A stretch of 64,000 nucleotides of DNA from Antedon mediterranea (taxonomy: Eukaryota > Animalia > Echinodermata), in NCBI RefSeq assembly GCF_964355755.1, contig NC_092678.1:19547365-19611364 (forward strand). Direction: 5' to 3'. Positions 49,256 to 60,423 of the stretch are shown piece by piece (positions within the stretch are counted from its first letter, which is position 1; each line of letters opens with the position of its first letter). The translations under genes were made by a program, and so were the position numbers. The notes beneath the pieces are model-generated. The model was given only the letters and a program-made list of their open reading frames with translations. It did not search any database and was not told where the DNA came from.

Positions 49256-49277
49256 TCAATAAAGACGTTTCTCGAAG
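49256..49277 (-). CDS. IMPDH: IMPDH last coding exon FEKRLY*
   Basis: ttttttccag acceptor, canonical IMPDH C-terminus, TGA at 49258-49256. Confidence 0.95.
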
Positions 49278-52200
49278 CTGGAAAAAAAGACGTTTTAATT
49301 TACTTTCATTATTTTAATTGCTGCCTTCCTGTTACCCAAAGTTGTCTGTGCATACTATACGATTGATTAATCTCTAGTAGAAAAGGTCAAACAAAGAATA
49401 CAGTATCAGGGAATAATTTCGCCAGTGTAGCATAGCAAAAAGCTATACAAAACAACCTTTTTGCTACACATTTCTACAATTGTGTAGCAAAAAATACAAT
49501 ACAAAACTATGTTTCTTGATTAAAAAATCAGTTTGATAGCAATTTTGCTAAACAAAATTTTCAAATGAAATTTTTCCCCGAGTATGTTGCTTGGTTTTGA
49601 CGTAATAATATAAGTTAATACAAAATAGTTAGAAAATGTGTTGCTGAAATGAATTTATACCCCTCCAATATTTAGGGGACACCTCAAATTAAGATGGATC
49701 ATCATCATCCGTTAAGCTATTCGTCTTGGGTAGTAATCGTTTCCATGACTCTCTTTCGGTGGTCTGATGGTCTGTCATTAAGATGGATAATTTAATGAAA
49801 AACAAACTGGGGCACAGATATTTTAATACTATGGCCAACACCTATTTAGGGGAGACCTCTATTAAAGGGACACTTTGTTGGGTCCCAAGGGTGTTCCCTT
49901 ATTGTAGTTTCTACTACATGTATATTATTATTTTCTTTTATGGGTTCTTCCCACTTTTATTTCTTCAAAATAGCTCATGAATAAATATACAATTATTGCA
50001 CAATATTTAGTGTACGGTACGGTCAATTATTTAATTTTGTTTTTCTTAAAAGGGTATGTATAAAAACTAGTTTATCATAAAAACGTTACATTATAGATGA
50101 ATTTGAATATTGACATCCAACCAAAAAAATAAACACTTTTTATCAATAAGTTTCATTCATAGTATGCACAGAAACCGCGAGTTAGAGTATGACAGCCTAT
50201 TATTACATATATGTGTAAGTTTTTTTAGTAAACAATCAACCCTCGCACGCACACGCACACCCACCACAGCAGCTTTTGTCAGTATGGTTAGAAAAACGAC
50301 AACGACAAACTTACGAATGCAAACTATGCACACCACCCTCTACCTGTGCGGAAACTGTGCGTTTCTCGAATCGTAGATCTCCGTCGTACATCATATCTCT
50401 GTGGGAACAATGTATAATAAACATCACCAACAAAAATTGTGGATTCATGCTAAACATAGGCTATACAATTTAATCTCTATCAGGTATTTCTACAATGTTT
50501 GTCTCTTTATACTGGGGGACCTCTCGAGTCAAGGACTGTTCTCCCAGAAGACCTAGTAGCCTACTTAAAGGCTTACAGTAAGACAGTGTGACAAAGGCGG
50601 TGTGAACTAGTACACTGGGTTAACCCCTACTCATATCGAAAGATTTAAGTTCTTTAAAGCGTAGACAAGTCTGTTTGTACTGGACCAATGATTTATAGTC
50701 TTTATCCGAGAAGACTTGTTCTACCAGCCACAAGAGTGAGCTTTAAACCCATGCCGATATTATAAACAAGTGGAACTATAATACATAGTCATTATGACTA
50801 TGTATTATAGTTCCACTTGTCTAACCACTCGGCCACTCACTCGCTTAAAATCATCAAAACTAGTTCTACGATGCGGAAAGATTATTTAAAGTTATTTAAA
50901 TAAGATGCATTCAAATTTATTTCTAGATATGTAATTGGCAAATACAATGCAGTATTGTTACAGACAAATTAATTTTATCTGTACTTTGGATGACGAACTT
51001 GTGTATCTTACCGAAGAGATTCAGTTGACTTGGCACCGATGTCTTGGCAGCCATGTTGGATTCCAGCGATGAGGTACGGCACAAATTTATGAATGGAACC
51101 TTTGTCTACAATCGAACCTGAAACTCCTTGTGCCACTTTTAATTTGTCACTTTCACTAAAAATAAATCGAAAGAAGATGCTTATTTGTTTTTTATTTTGA
51201 TTTTGAAATAGCAGGGAAAAAAATGTCAATCTTCCCTGGTAAAATAGTGGACAAGTTGAAATGCTAAATATATCCTATTAAAGAGACACTCCTATTAAAG
51301 GGAAACCAATATTAAAGGGACACTCCTATTAAAAGGACACCCCTATTGCCATGAACAATGGATCAACATATATTATATATAACACATGGTTAAAAATATA
51401 TATTATATAAGGAACCGATTCTATCATACCTAAAATATCTTGAGGCACTGGATTTGTTGGTTTCCATGGCATCTAGAGATCCCATTCCTCTGTATTTTTT
51501 TAGCCTTACACCATCAGAAAAGAAGTATTCTCCTGGAGCCTCTGTTGTACCAGCCAACATACTCCCCATCATAACTGAAATAAAATATAATGTAAATCAA
51601 AACCACACTTTGAAAGCTTTTATGGCACAAAGGCAAGAAGCAAACATTGTGGTATTCATATCCCAACATTTAGACAATACACCAATGGAAAAAGGTACTC
51701 TCCAGGGTTTTTTTTCCTAACAGCCAATGTACTCCTTATGAAAATGGAACAAAATAAGAATCAAGGGTTATGGTATCTACAGTAGGCATACACAAACTTA
51801 ACACCAATGGAAAAAATGTACTCTCTATCGGCTTTTCTTCTAGCATACGTCAATAACATTGTATCATGATAAAGTAACAAAGGGTTTTTTTCCTAACAGC
51901 CAATGTACTCCTTATGAAAATGGAACAAAATAAATAAAGACAGACCACACTTTAAAGCCTTTATTGCACAAAGGTGATAACTAATCATTTATAGTATAGG
52001 CAAATCAACACCAATGGAAACAACACTACTTATCGAGAGCCTATAACATACTCTGTATCATAAAATAAATTACAAATAAACAAACTTTAAGGATGACACC
52101 TTACAGCCTTTATGGCACAAAGGTGAGACCCAAGCATTATGATATACATACTCCAAAAATGTGTTGCGTGTGTTTGTTTTGACTAAATAACACAAACAAG

Positions 52201-55200
52201 AAATTAATAAGGTAATCACTTGTATATTAACTCAAATCCGTGACATTCTATGATACCATATCCAACAAAGGTTATTGACATTTTGCCTCATTACCAATCA
52301 AAACAATATTCACAATAACACATTTAATTATGTTTTTGCAGACTTAACTATTTTTAGTAACGTACGACTAACTAATAACACTTTTTATAACATATTATAC
52401 AGGGCAGTTATTATTATAAAAGGTCGTTCATATAAAATTGATAATACGGTACAGTTTTTATCAACAGGAGTGGAATAGTAGAACATTGTTTAATGGAATA
52501 CCTTCAGGACTAAATAAACCCTGAATGTGGGTTTGCCATAATTTTAAAACATACTTTACAGTTAGAACCTCTATAAATGGGACAATTTCAGGACCGAAAA
52601 ATAGTTTTCCCTGAATATGGGTTAAAAAATGTTTCCCCTTGTTTGTTTCATAGGAAAGTGTTCTACTGCATTTCCCCTTATGAAAATTGTCCCCTTACAA
52701 GGGGTGACCCCTTCTAGGGCTGTCCCCTGAATAGAGCTGTCTCAAAGCAGGGGTTCAAATGTATTTCACCTTGTGAAAATTATCCCCTTACAAGGGGCGA
52801 CCCCTACTAGGCCTGTCCCGTTCATGGGCTGTCTCAAAGCAGGGGCTCAAATGTATTTCCCTTTATGAAAATTTGTCCCCTTCTAGGGCTGTCCCCTGAA
52901 TAGGGCTGTTTTAAAGCAGGGGCTCAAATGTATTTCACCCTGTGAAAATTGTCCTCTTACAAGGGGTGACCCCTTCTAGGGCCGTCCCCTGAATAGGGCT
53001 GTCTCAAAGCAGGGGTTCAAATGTATTTCACCCTGTGAAAATTGTCCCCTTCTAAGGGTGACTCTTTCTAGGGCTATCCCGTTCTAGGGCTATCCCATTC
53101 TAGGGCTGTCTCAAAGCAGGGGTTCAAATACATTTCCTTTGTGAAAATTGTCCCCTTCTAGGGGCGACTCTTTCTAGAGCTATCCCGTTCTAGGGCTGTC
53201 TCAAAGCAGGGGTTTAAATGTATTTCACCCTGTGAAAATTGTCCCCTTCTAAGGGTGACTCTTTCTAGGGCTATCCCGTTCTAGGGCTATCCCATTCTAG
53301 GGCTGTCTCAAAGCAGGGGTTCAAATACATTTCCCTTGTGAAAATTGTCCCCTTCTAGGGGCGACTCTTTCTAGAGCTATCCCGTTCTAGGGCTGTCTCA
53401 AAGCAGGGGTTCAAATACATTTCCCTTGTGAAAATTGTCCCTTGAATAGGGGTGTCCCTTTAATAGGGGAGTCCCAAATGAAGGGTTATATACAGAGAGT
53501 TCATTATGGTACTGTATTTGTATCTATAATTTGTGAAAAAAAATTGTGTACCAAATTACAAAAACATAGCTTACCAGAAGATGCACCCAAAGCTAGGGCT
53601 TTTGTAATATGTCCAACCGAGGATATACCGCCATCAGCTATGACTGGAACGCCAGCTCCACTCGCAAATGCCGCAACGTTATACACAGCAGTGCCTTGAG
53701 GGCGCCCTACAGCCATCACTACATGGAAAGAAAAACAAAAACACACATGTTATTTTCAAACCGCAAGAATAACCAGGTGACATTTTGGCTAAAGAAGATG
53801 AATTAATTGAAAAGTATTTTTAACATTTGAAGAACAGATAACAAATAGATTTAATTAATCCATTAAAATCAATGATAAAACTATGGATTATAATTAATTC
53901 ATTACAAACAATTTCATGTGATATTTACTATTTAGATTACTATCAGTACAACATGCAAAGGGAAAACGCAAAATGTCATTCGCTTGATACAATAAGTTGC
54001 TACGGTTTAGACGCTTGTGAATGAAATGTCAACAAATATAAAGTAGGAGTGATAGAACAATTTATATCAAAATCATGCCACATGACTAATAGTAGAGAAA
54101 ATGTTTACATAAACAATCAAATCTTTTCAAAGAAGGCAGTACTTTAAAAAGTATTTTTAAACATTTAAAAAAATGTTTTAAAATATCCACTTAAAATATC
54201 TTAATTTTTCAGTTTCAAAAATGGTTTAACACATTTGAATTTTTTTACAAACAATAAAATGACCTTTCATTCATAAGAATTGTATAACATAACTTTATGG
54301 AAATTAATAAAAAGACTAAAAAAGGCAATAAAGTTTCCAGTTTCTTCCATGCAGAAACCAAAAGTATCCATAGTTATTTCAAAATTATTTTACTGCACTA
54401 TATTTTGTTTACTCTTGCCTATCACTATGTACTACAGTAAATTATGTTTCAAAATGGTGGCTGTTAACACCTAATCGACAGTGTTCCGAGTACAGCAGTC
54501 TCACATTCAATACTAAATGTATTGCATATTGTAGAAAGAAAAACCATTTCTTTCACTACAAATAATACACCTTATGTATATAAACCTTTTGTATAAAATA
54601 AATTGAACTTTCCTGCACCTATAAATCAATTTTATACTTTATGATTAATGCAAACACAGCCTCATATAGTCTCACATTCAATACTAAAATGTATTGTATA
54701 TTTTAAAAAAACCATTATATACCATGTATTGTCCTACTACAAATAAAACACCTTATGTATATAAACCTTTTGTATAAAATAAATTAAACTTTCCTGCACC
54801 TATAAATCAATTTTATACTTTATGATTAATGTAAACACAGCCTTATATAGAATCAGCGTGTAGTCTGAAGCCCAAAGCCATTTTTTTAAAAATCTGATTG
54901 GTAAATTGCAGGCATTCACTTATTCTTCACCAGATTAGCCATGGTTGAAAACATTTATGATAAAGGAAGGCCACACGAGAGTTACTAGGTGCAGATGTTG
55001 CTGTATGCGCAATTTAAATTGTTGTAGAGTTGATAAAACTTATAATTGCAGTAAATGATAAAACAAAGTAAGTATTTAAACATAAATGTCCAGCCTATTT
55101 GTGATAAAATAATGCAACAGCTTTATTTTGCACATCAAATTTTAAACCTGAAATTGTTTTTTTTTTGTATTTTCAGTCTTGAAAATCATGATAAGTTTTT

Positions 55201-58200
55201 GGAGCATATTACTACTTATGGTAGCAAAATGTGTTGTGACATCATCCAGGCAGGTCCTTGCAAGGATCCAATCACATAACACTTCCTGCCTACTGGAGAT
55301 GAATGGCACATATGTCTTGCAAGAACTCTTGAAAGGTGATGCTGTCTTTATCAACATAAAAATGTTGAATTTTGTTCATTATTCTGGTTCTGTTGGATTG
55401 AGTTTTTATGAAAACACAACAGTGATTGATGTCAACCATTGGGTTGTGATTGTTGGAAAAACTGGTGAACTACTTTCAACTTTTCCATTTGATTTTGAAT
55501 ATCTGTCACTTGGAACTTTAACTCCTGGTGTGGAACATATCTCCTTAAGCGTCACATCAGTACCAGGGTGTTTCTATGATGTTGACGACGAAAACAAACT
55601 GAACATAGTTGCACATTCTCTTTTGCAGGTTAAAAGTGATGGTGTGAAACAAGAGGTTTGTATCGAACGGCAGCTGACACACAGCAATTCACGTTTTCAC
55701 AGAAGTCTCTCGGGTTATTACACTTTTCTTCAAGACAGTACATACTTTGAGTGCTGGCAAAATTCCAAAGAACGAAATTATTTTATGACTCATTTCTGGT
55801 TGGGGTTATTCTTCTTGTTTGGTTTCATATTTACATTGTATGTTAACTTGTTCTTCTTTTATTTTTTGAGTCGCATAAGACCGATGATTGAAAGTAGAAA
55901 AGAATATTTGAGCTTACGCACTGATCTACCAATGAGCCCAAAACACTGTATATTTTATAGTGGAAATCAACATAAAGTTATCCTCTTTTTACGGTGGACG
56001 ATACTATTACTAATTGTTGATTTTCTGCAATATATACCATACTTTATTGCACTTGCCTCTGACAACTTTTAACTGTCGTTTGGCAGCAATTTTTAAAACC
56101 CAGATTTCCAAGAAACTGTTTTTGGTTTTGCAAATTTGTGTTAATAGTGTGTATTTAGTTTCTGGCCTTGTTCTGGTGATAACCTGGATAAACTTTAAAA
56201 AGTGGTATGAAACTGAATACATTCAGTCAATTATGAGGAACTTTTTTATTTTAGAAAGTTTTTCTCTAGATCCAGATTTAATGTTTCGAGAAGTAAATTA
56301 TGTTGGTAGATTTTCACATGTAATGACAGAAAAAGCAAAGACAGCTATATCAATCTCCCATTGGAAGCATGGGTTAAATAAATTATCAACGTACTCTGAT
56401 GGTGCAAATTATAAAATCTTACTGCCGATATTAGTGTTACCCTTCCTATTTATCTATACTTGTATTACTGTTGTTAATTCAATACCAATGCTCTATTGTT
56501 CTTTCGGTTTTATTAGAAATAGTTTTATGAAATTTCGAGGTCACGGTTATTTTGTTTTATTGATCTGCCTCTTTCCTCAGATTGCATTTTTAAAAAAATT
56601 GATATCTATCTTCACATATTTTTCTGCAATTATCTGTTACTTCTTCATTGGTTTGCTGGTGAACCCTGGAACTGCTGGTGCCTTTGTAGCAGCCGCTGTA
56701 ATTGTGATTGGTTACATTGTTTCAACTATAACAGGTTATTACCATGGATATGTGGATCTCTTACAGCAATTAATATTAGTATTTGATGAGTTGATCAAAG
56801 ACAGTACAATAGTACAAGTTTCTGATGATAGGCTGCCCTCTGGTTATGAAATAGCTGATGGGTCAGCTTCCCCCCGTTTACAACATATTGGTAGCGATTT
56901 ACCTGGTACATCGGATGCCTCAAATCAACAATCTACTGGTAATGAGATAGATGGTACATCTGCTGCTTCCAGTTTACAACCCACTGGTAATACGAGGGAT
57001 GAAATAGATGGTACATCTGCTGCTTCCAGTTTACAACCCACTGGTAATACGAGAGATGAGATAGATGGTACATCTGCTTCTAGTTTACAACCCACTGGTA
57101 ATACGAGAGATGGTATATCAGCTGCTTCAAATGAAACTCCTACATCTCCACCTTACAAAATCCGACGAGATACTGAAGGTTTAATTTGTATTGAAAAAAC
57201 TCTTTTTGACTTGTTTGTTAAAAAGTATAGACCTAAAGAAATCCAAATTATGACTATCATCATGACAATTCTAATCATAAGCCTTGTACTTTGGCTTGGA
57301 TTCTCGACGTTAATGTTCATCGAAGATGTTGGTGAGTTAAAGGAACAAATGAAATTATTTGCAGCTGTTTTTATTGCTGGCATTGTACCCTTTTTTGGAA
57401 AAATATTGGAAAATAAAGCAGAAGGGAAGAGTAGGAAGAAGATTCGTGAAAAATATATCCGGTGCGACATTGAATATTACATTGTTCATGGAAAATTTGA
57501 AAACATGGATACAGGTATTTAAACAATAACATTGATAATATTAGTGCAAGTTTTAAGTGAATAACATATTTTCAAAATTAATAAATAAAATAAACAGTAT
57601 AATTATAGACAGTATTGATATAAAAATCTATAAAAATAATGGTGATTGTTAGTCAGTCATAGGGAATAAAAAATGATTGTATATAAAACTTTAAAAGCTG
57701 AGTGATAATCAATAAATGCTTGTTTTTTTAAACTCCTGAGTATTTGAATTCATTAAATCAAGTGTGGTATAGGTCTAATTTGATCATAAGTTAGACTAGG
57801 CCTATATAATGAGTTCCCAACTATTCAGTGGAATACATAGAGGGTGCTAATACATTTTCAATATTGTCTCACAAATTGGTCTCTGAAAAGTTGGCAGGTA
57901 TAGTGTGGTGATCAGGATAACTAAATTTAATGTACAGTTTATGGACCTTTTGAGAGCAAAAATACAAATTTAAAAAAAAGAGGAAAATTTATTATGGTAT
58001 TAAGTCAATAAATTTCCTTTAAAAAAGTCATATGTCTAGCTATGCAATCACATTGAGAAAAGGTTATACAGTAAAGCCTCTATTAAGGGGACACCTTCAA
58101 AGTTCATCTAATTAATAGGGGATAGTGTTAAAAATAAATAATTTGTTTCACTAGAAAGTGTTCCCTTAATAGATGTTCCAACAGAGCGGTTCTATTGCAG

Positions 58201-60281
58201 AAGTATACACTTTTGAACAGTACTTTAAAATTAAACTAAAAGTTGAACTTTGACATAAAAACACTAAAATGATAAAACAGAAAAAGCCAGGTGGAATGGA
58301 AAGTGCTGAATATAAAGGACATCATGCAACAGTCAGTCATCATATAAGTGACCGACAACACTTTGACGGTCAACTTACTCTTTGGAGTATGCTGTCCCTC
58401 GTACAGGACCACTTTTACATCCGGTTCGACAGCTGGAACTAAATTATGATACAAGTCCCTTTAGGAATTTTTTTTTGTAATTGTAAAAAAGTTTAGTATT
58501 TCTTCAATAAAATAGTCGATAGTGGTTTTCAATAGTTTAAATACACAAATGTCCCTCTTTAATGAGAAAGTGTTCCCATAATAGGAGTGCCCCCTTAATA
58601 GAGGTTTACAATATTGTTTACAAGTACTGCCCAAGTGTCCCATACAAAATGCCTGTGTAGAAATATGCAAATTATTAATTGTTGATCAACACCCACCTTC
58701 TTGTGTTATACAGATTGAACCGCTGCCCATTCCAACACGAAGGGCGTCCACACCAGCTTCGATCAAGGTCTTGGCTTGGCTTGTTGTTACAACTATATGA
58801 AAAAAAAATATATATATATGATGTATAATAAATCCACAGGCAAATTACTGAAAAATTACAATGATGTAGCTGTATAAAATGGAGGTACAAAATAAAATAA
58901 GCAAAAAAAGTAAAAGCGCTAGAAAAAGTTTGTTAGGCGGTGTGATTGAGTTGACCTCAACTCTCTCTTTTCAAAAGAGGTCAAATTCGATGCTTGAATC
59001 AATTGGGGTTTTTAAAACTGTTCAAAATAGGTGCTTTTTTTAAAAAACAAAACCTCTTTCTGTTTTGCAAGAAATTACTGTTTTTCTCAGTAGAAACGGG
59101 CCCAATGGATGAGGTGAACATTTCCGTTATTATGCTCCAACCATCTTCCGAAACATCAACACTCTCAACTTATAATTAATTTCCTTTTGGAAATACATGG
59201 TGTAGCACAAAATTAGTTATTTATTTTGTTTATGTTTCATTCAATGAATTTTGTTAAAGATGGAATAAATTACCGTTTCCTCCAACGACTTGAAGATCTG
59301 GAAAGTTTTGTTTAATGTGTTTGATCATGCGAATTTGATAAATAGAATTTCCTTGAGAAGAGTCCTATATACAAAAATAAATTAAAAGAAAAAAATGTAT
59401 TATATTCAAAATGTAACATACACTATACACAAGTTGTAAACTACGTCTTTATCAAATCAACTAGCAAAACTCCGAAGATACTTAAAAACTTTTGACACAC
59501 CAAAGTTGTAGAAGTTGTGGTTGTGAATGGTAATATCAAACAACTCCGGGGTTAAAAACACCAAGTTGAATGTAGGCTGACTGCAGAAACACACCAGGAA
59601 GGACATTGTGAAGGTACTGACTTTAAACACACCAGGAAGACATTGTGAAGGTACTGACTTTAAACTCTGGCGTAGTTACTGTAGGTAAAAAGGTTATCCT
59701 CACACGATAAATCATTGCTTGAGTTTTATTTTAAAATACTTTTAATAAATATTTGTACAAAATATTTAGGCAGGTCTAAAAAGTATTTAAAAATAATTAT
59801 TAAACCAGAAATATACTAAATATATAAAAATGATTCTAATGATTGTCGCGAATAAACAGAATAGAGGGCAGTATTTACAATTTAAAAATAAAAATGTTGG
59901 GTTGCAACTAGGTGGATATGAATAGAGTCTCCCTAGAGTTTGTCGCCGTTGTGAATGGTCACTGACCTCAGAATTGCTTCGGGGTTCCTCCAGAGTAATG
60001 AATGCGGAGTTTGATTTGAAAGTACTGTATATCATTGAAAATTGTCTATAGATTATCAGGAATATTTGTGAAGTACATTACCAAGACGACAACATCAACG
60101 CCAGCATTGACCAACATTTCTAAACGTTCCTTGTCATCGTCTCTTGTTCCAATAGCGGCACCAACCAGTAGCTGTTTCCTTTCGTCTTTAGAGGCAAGAG
60201 GAAACTCACGATGTTTCTTCAAATCTGTCCTGGAGATTAGAGAGACTAGTTCATCTTTTTCATTGACTATTGGGAGTTTTC
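49256..60281 (-). CDS. IMPDH: Inosine-5'-monophosphate dehydrogenase, 3' portion (5' exons not seen in the window)
   Basis: Minus-strand exons 60281-60082, 59364-59274, 58792-58697, 53718-53575, 51574-51430, 51155-51012, 50398-50315, 49277-49256 join in frame: [110 protein letters not shown]. Confidence 0.97.
50315..50398 (-). CDS. IMPDH: IMPDH exon [27 protein letters not shown]
   Basis: 84 nt, GT-AG boundaries. Confidence 0.96.
50500..50845 (-). mobile_element. tRNA-derived SINE with Deu/Nin-like domain
   Basis: Minus strand TGGCCGAGTGGTTAG A box, then CTTCTCGGATAAAGACTATAAA..TTAAAGAAC..TTTCGATATGAGTAGGGG; related fragments at about 2000-2050 and 35330-35375; domain name assigned from memory. 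Confidence 0.65.
51012..51155 (-). CDS. IMPDH: IMPDH exon [47 protein letters not shown]
   Basis: 144 nt, GT-AG boundaries. Confidence 0.97.
51430..51574 (-). CDS. IMPDH: IMPDH exon [47 protein letters not shown]
   Basis: 145 nt, GT-AG boundaries. Confidence 0.97.
52558..53515. repeat. MITE family C (TACAGT(T)AGAACCTCTAT..GGGGACA type) with an internally expanded 75-110-bp minisatellite
   Basis: Tandem CCCCTTCTAGGGCTGTCTCAAAGCAGGGGTTCAAATGTATTTC units at 52660-53445; related short copies at about 10155-10570, 15400-15515, 49820-49915, 51270-51350, 58068-58200, 58550-58610. Confidence 0.7.
53575..53718 (-). CDS. IMPDH: IMPDH exon [47 protein letters not shown]
   Basis: 144 nt, GT-AG boundaries. 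Confidence 0.97.
54497..54848 (+). repeat. Tandem duplication, 2 x ~175 bp, directly upstream of the nested gene
   Basis: AGTCTCACATTCAATACTAAA..CCTGCACCTATAAATCAATTTTATACTTTATGATTAATG occurs twice; each copy has TATAAA motifs. Confidence 0.9.
55055..57522 (+). CDS. Nested uncharacterized multi-pass membrane protein (signal peptide, ~190-aa extracellular domain, about 8-9 TM segments), one +1 frame break at 56067-56072; possible pseudogene
   Basis: Overlapping ORFs 55179..56072 and 56014..57522 merge into one ~780-aa protein if one T is removed from AAC-TTT-T-AAC. A short exon 55055-55067 (ATG ATA AAA CAA A|gtaagt) splices in frame to the tttcag acceptor at 55177. Signal-like [19 protein letters not shown]; AATAAA cluster at about 57580-57595. 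Lies antisense within IMPDH intron 53719-58696. Confidence 0.75.
56944..57128 (+). repeat. Coding 57-bp tandem repeat ([19 protein letters not shown], about 3 copies)
   Basis: Near-identical in-frame units inside the hydrophilic loop of the nested gene. Confidence 0.9.
58379..58438 (-). CDS. IMPDH: Candidate IMPDH alternative cassette exon (V)[19 protein letters not shown], 60 nt (54 nt using the acceptor at 58432)
   Basis: Tandem acceptors tttag|ttccag|, consensus donor AGA|gtaagt, phase 1-1 matching the host intron, no stop, higher GC than the flanks, TGCATG about 50 nt downstream. Confidence 0.65.
58697..58792 (-). CDS. IMPDH: IMPDH catalytic exon [31 protein letters not shown]
   Basis: 96 nt, contains the catalytic Cys motif GSICIT. 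Confidence 0.97.
59274..59364 (-). CDS. IMPDH: IMPDH exon [30 protein letters not shown]
   Basis: 91 nt, GT-AG boundaries. Confidence 0.97.
60082..60281 (-). CDS. IMPDH: IMPDH exon (CBS end, [23 protein letters not shown]...AGVDVVVL)
   Basis: 200 nt, GT-AG boundaries. Confidence 0.97.
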
Positions 60282-60306
60282 CTGTAAAAGAACAATATAT
60301 GTCTGT

Positions 60307-60423
60307 AAATTTGAAACGATAAAGATGAGGAAACCTGTGATAATGAGAAAAAGTCCCCCCAACCGAGATTCGAACTTGGAACCTTCTGCTTGATATGCAG
60401 ATTTCCTAACCATTAGACCACTA
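60307..60423 (-). mobile_element. Second, 5'-truncated copy of the tRNA-Asp(ATC)-like element
   Basis: Reverse complement reads AGTGGTCTAATGGTTAGGAAATCTGCATATCAAGCAG..GTTCGAATCTCGGTTGGGGGGACTTTTTCTCATT..TTTCCTCATCTTTATCGTTTCAAATTT, matching 24256-24370. Confidence 0.8.

Noticed and set aside
49250-49258. Stop-codon readthrough of IMPDH (TGA GGG TAA)
   Set aside because: No readthrough context (not TGA-CTA) and a second stop follows after one codon.
57153-57470. Minus-strand 105-aa ORF (and similar ORFs 60035..60322, 51454..51720, 53442..53699, 35632..35895)
   Set aside because: Antisense shadows of real coding exons.
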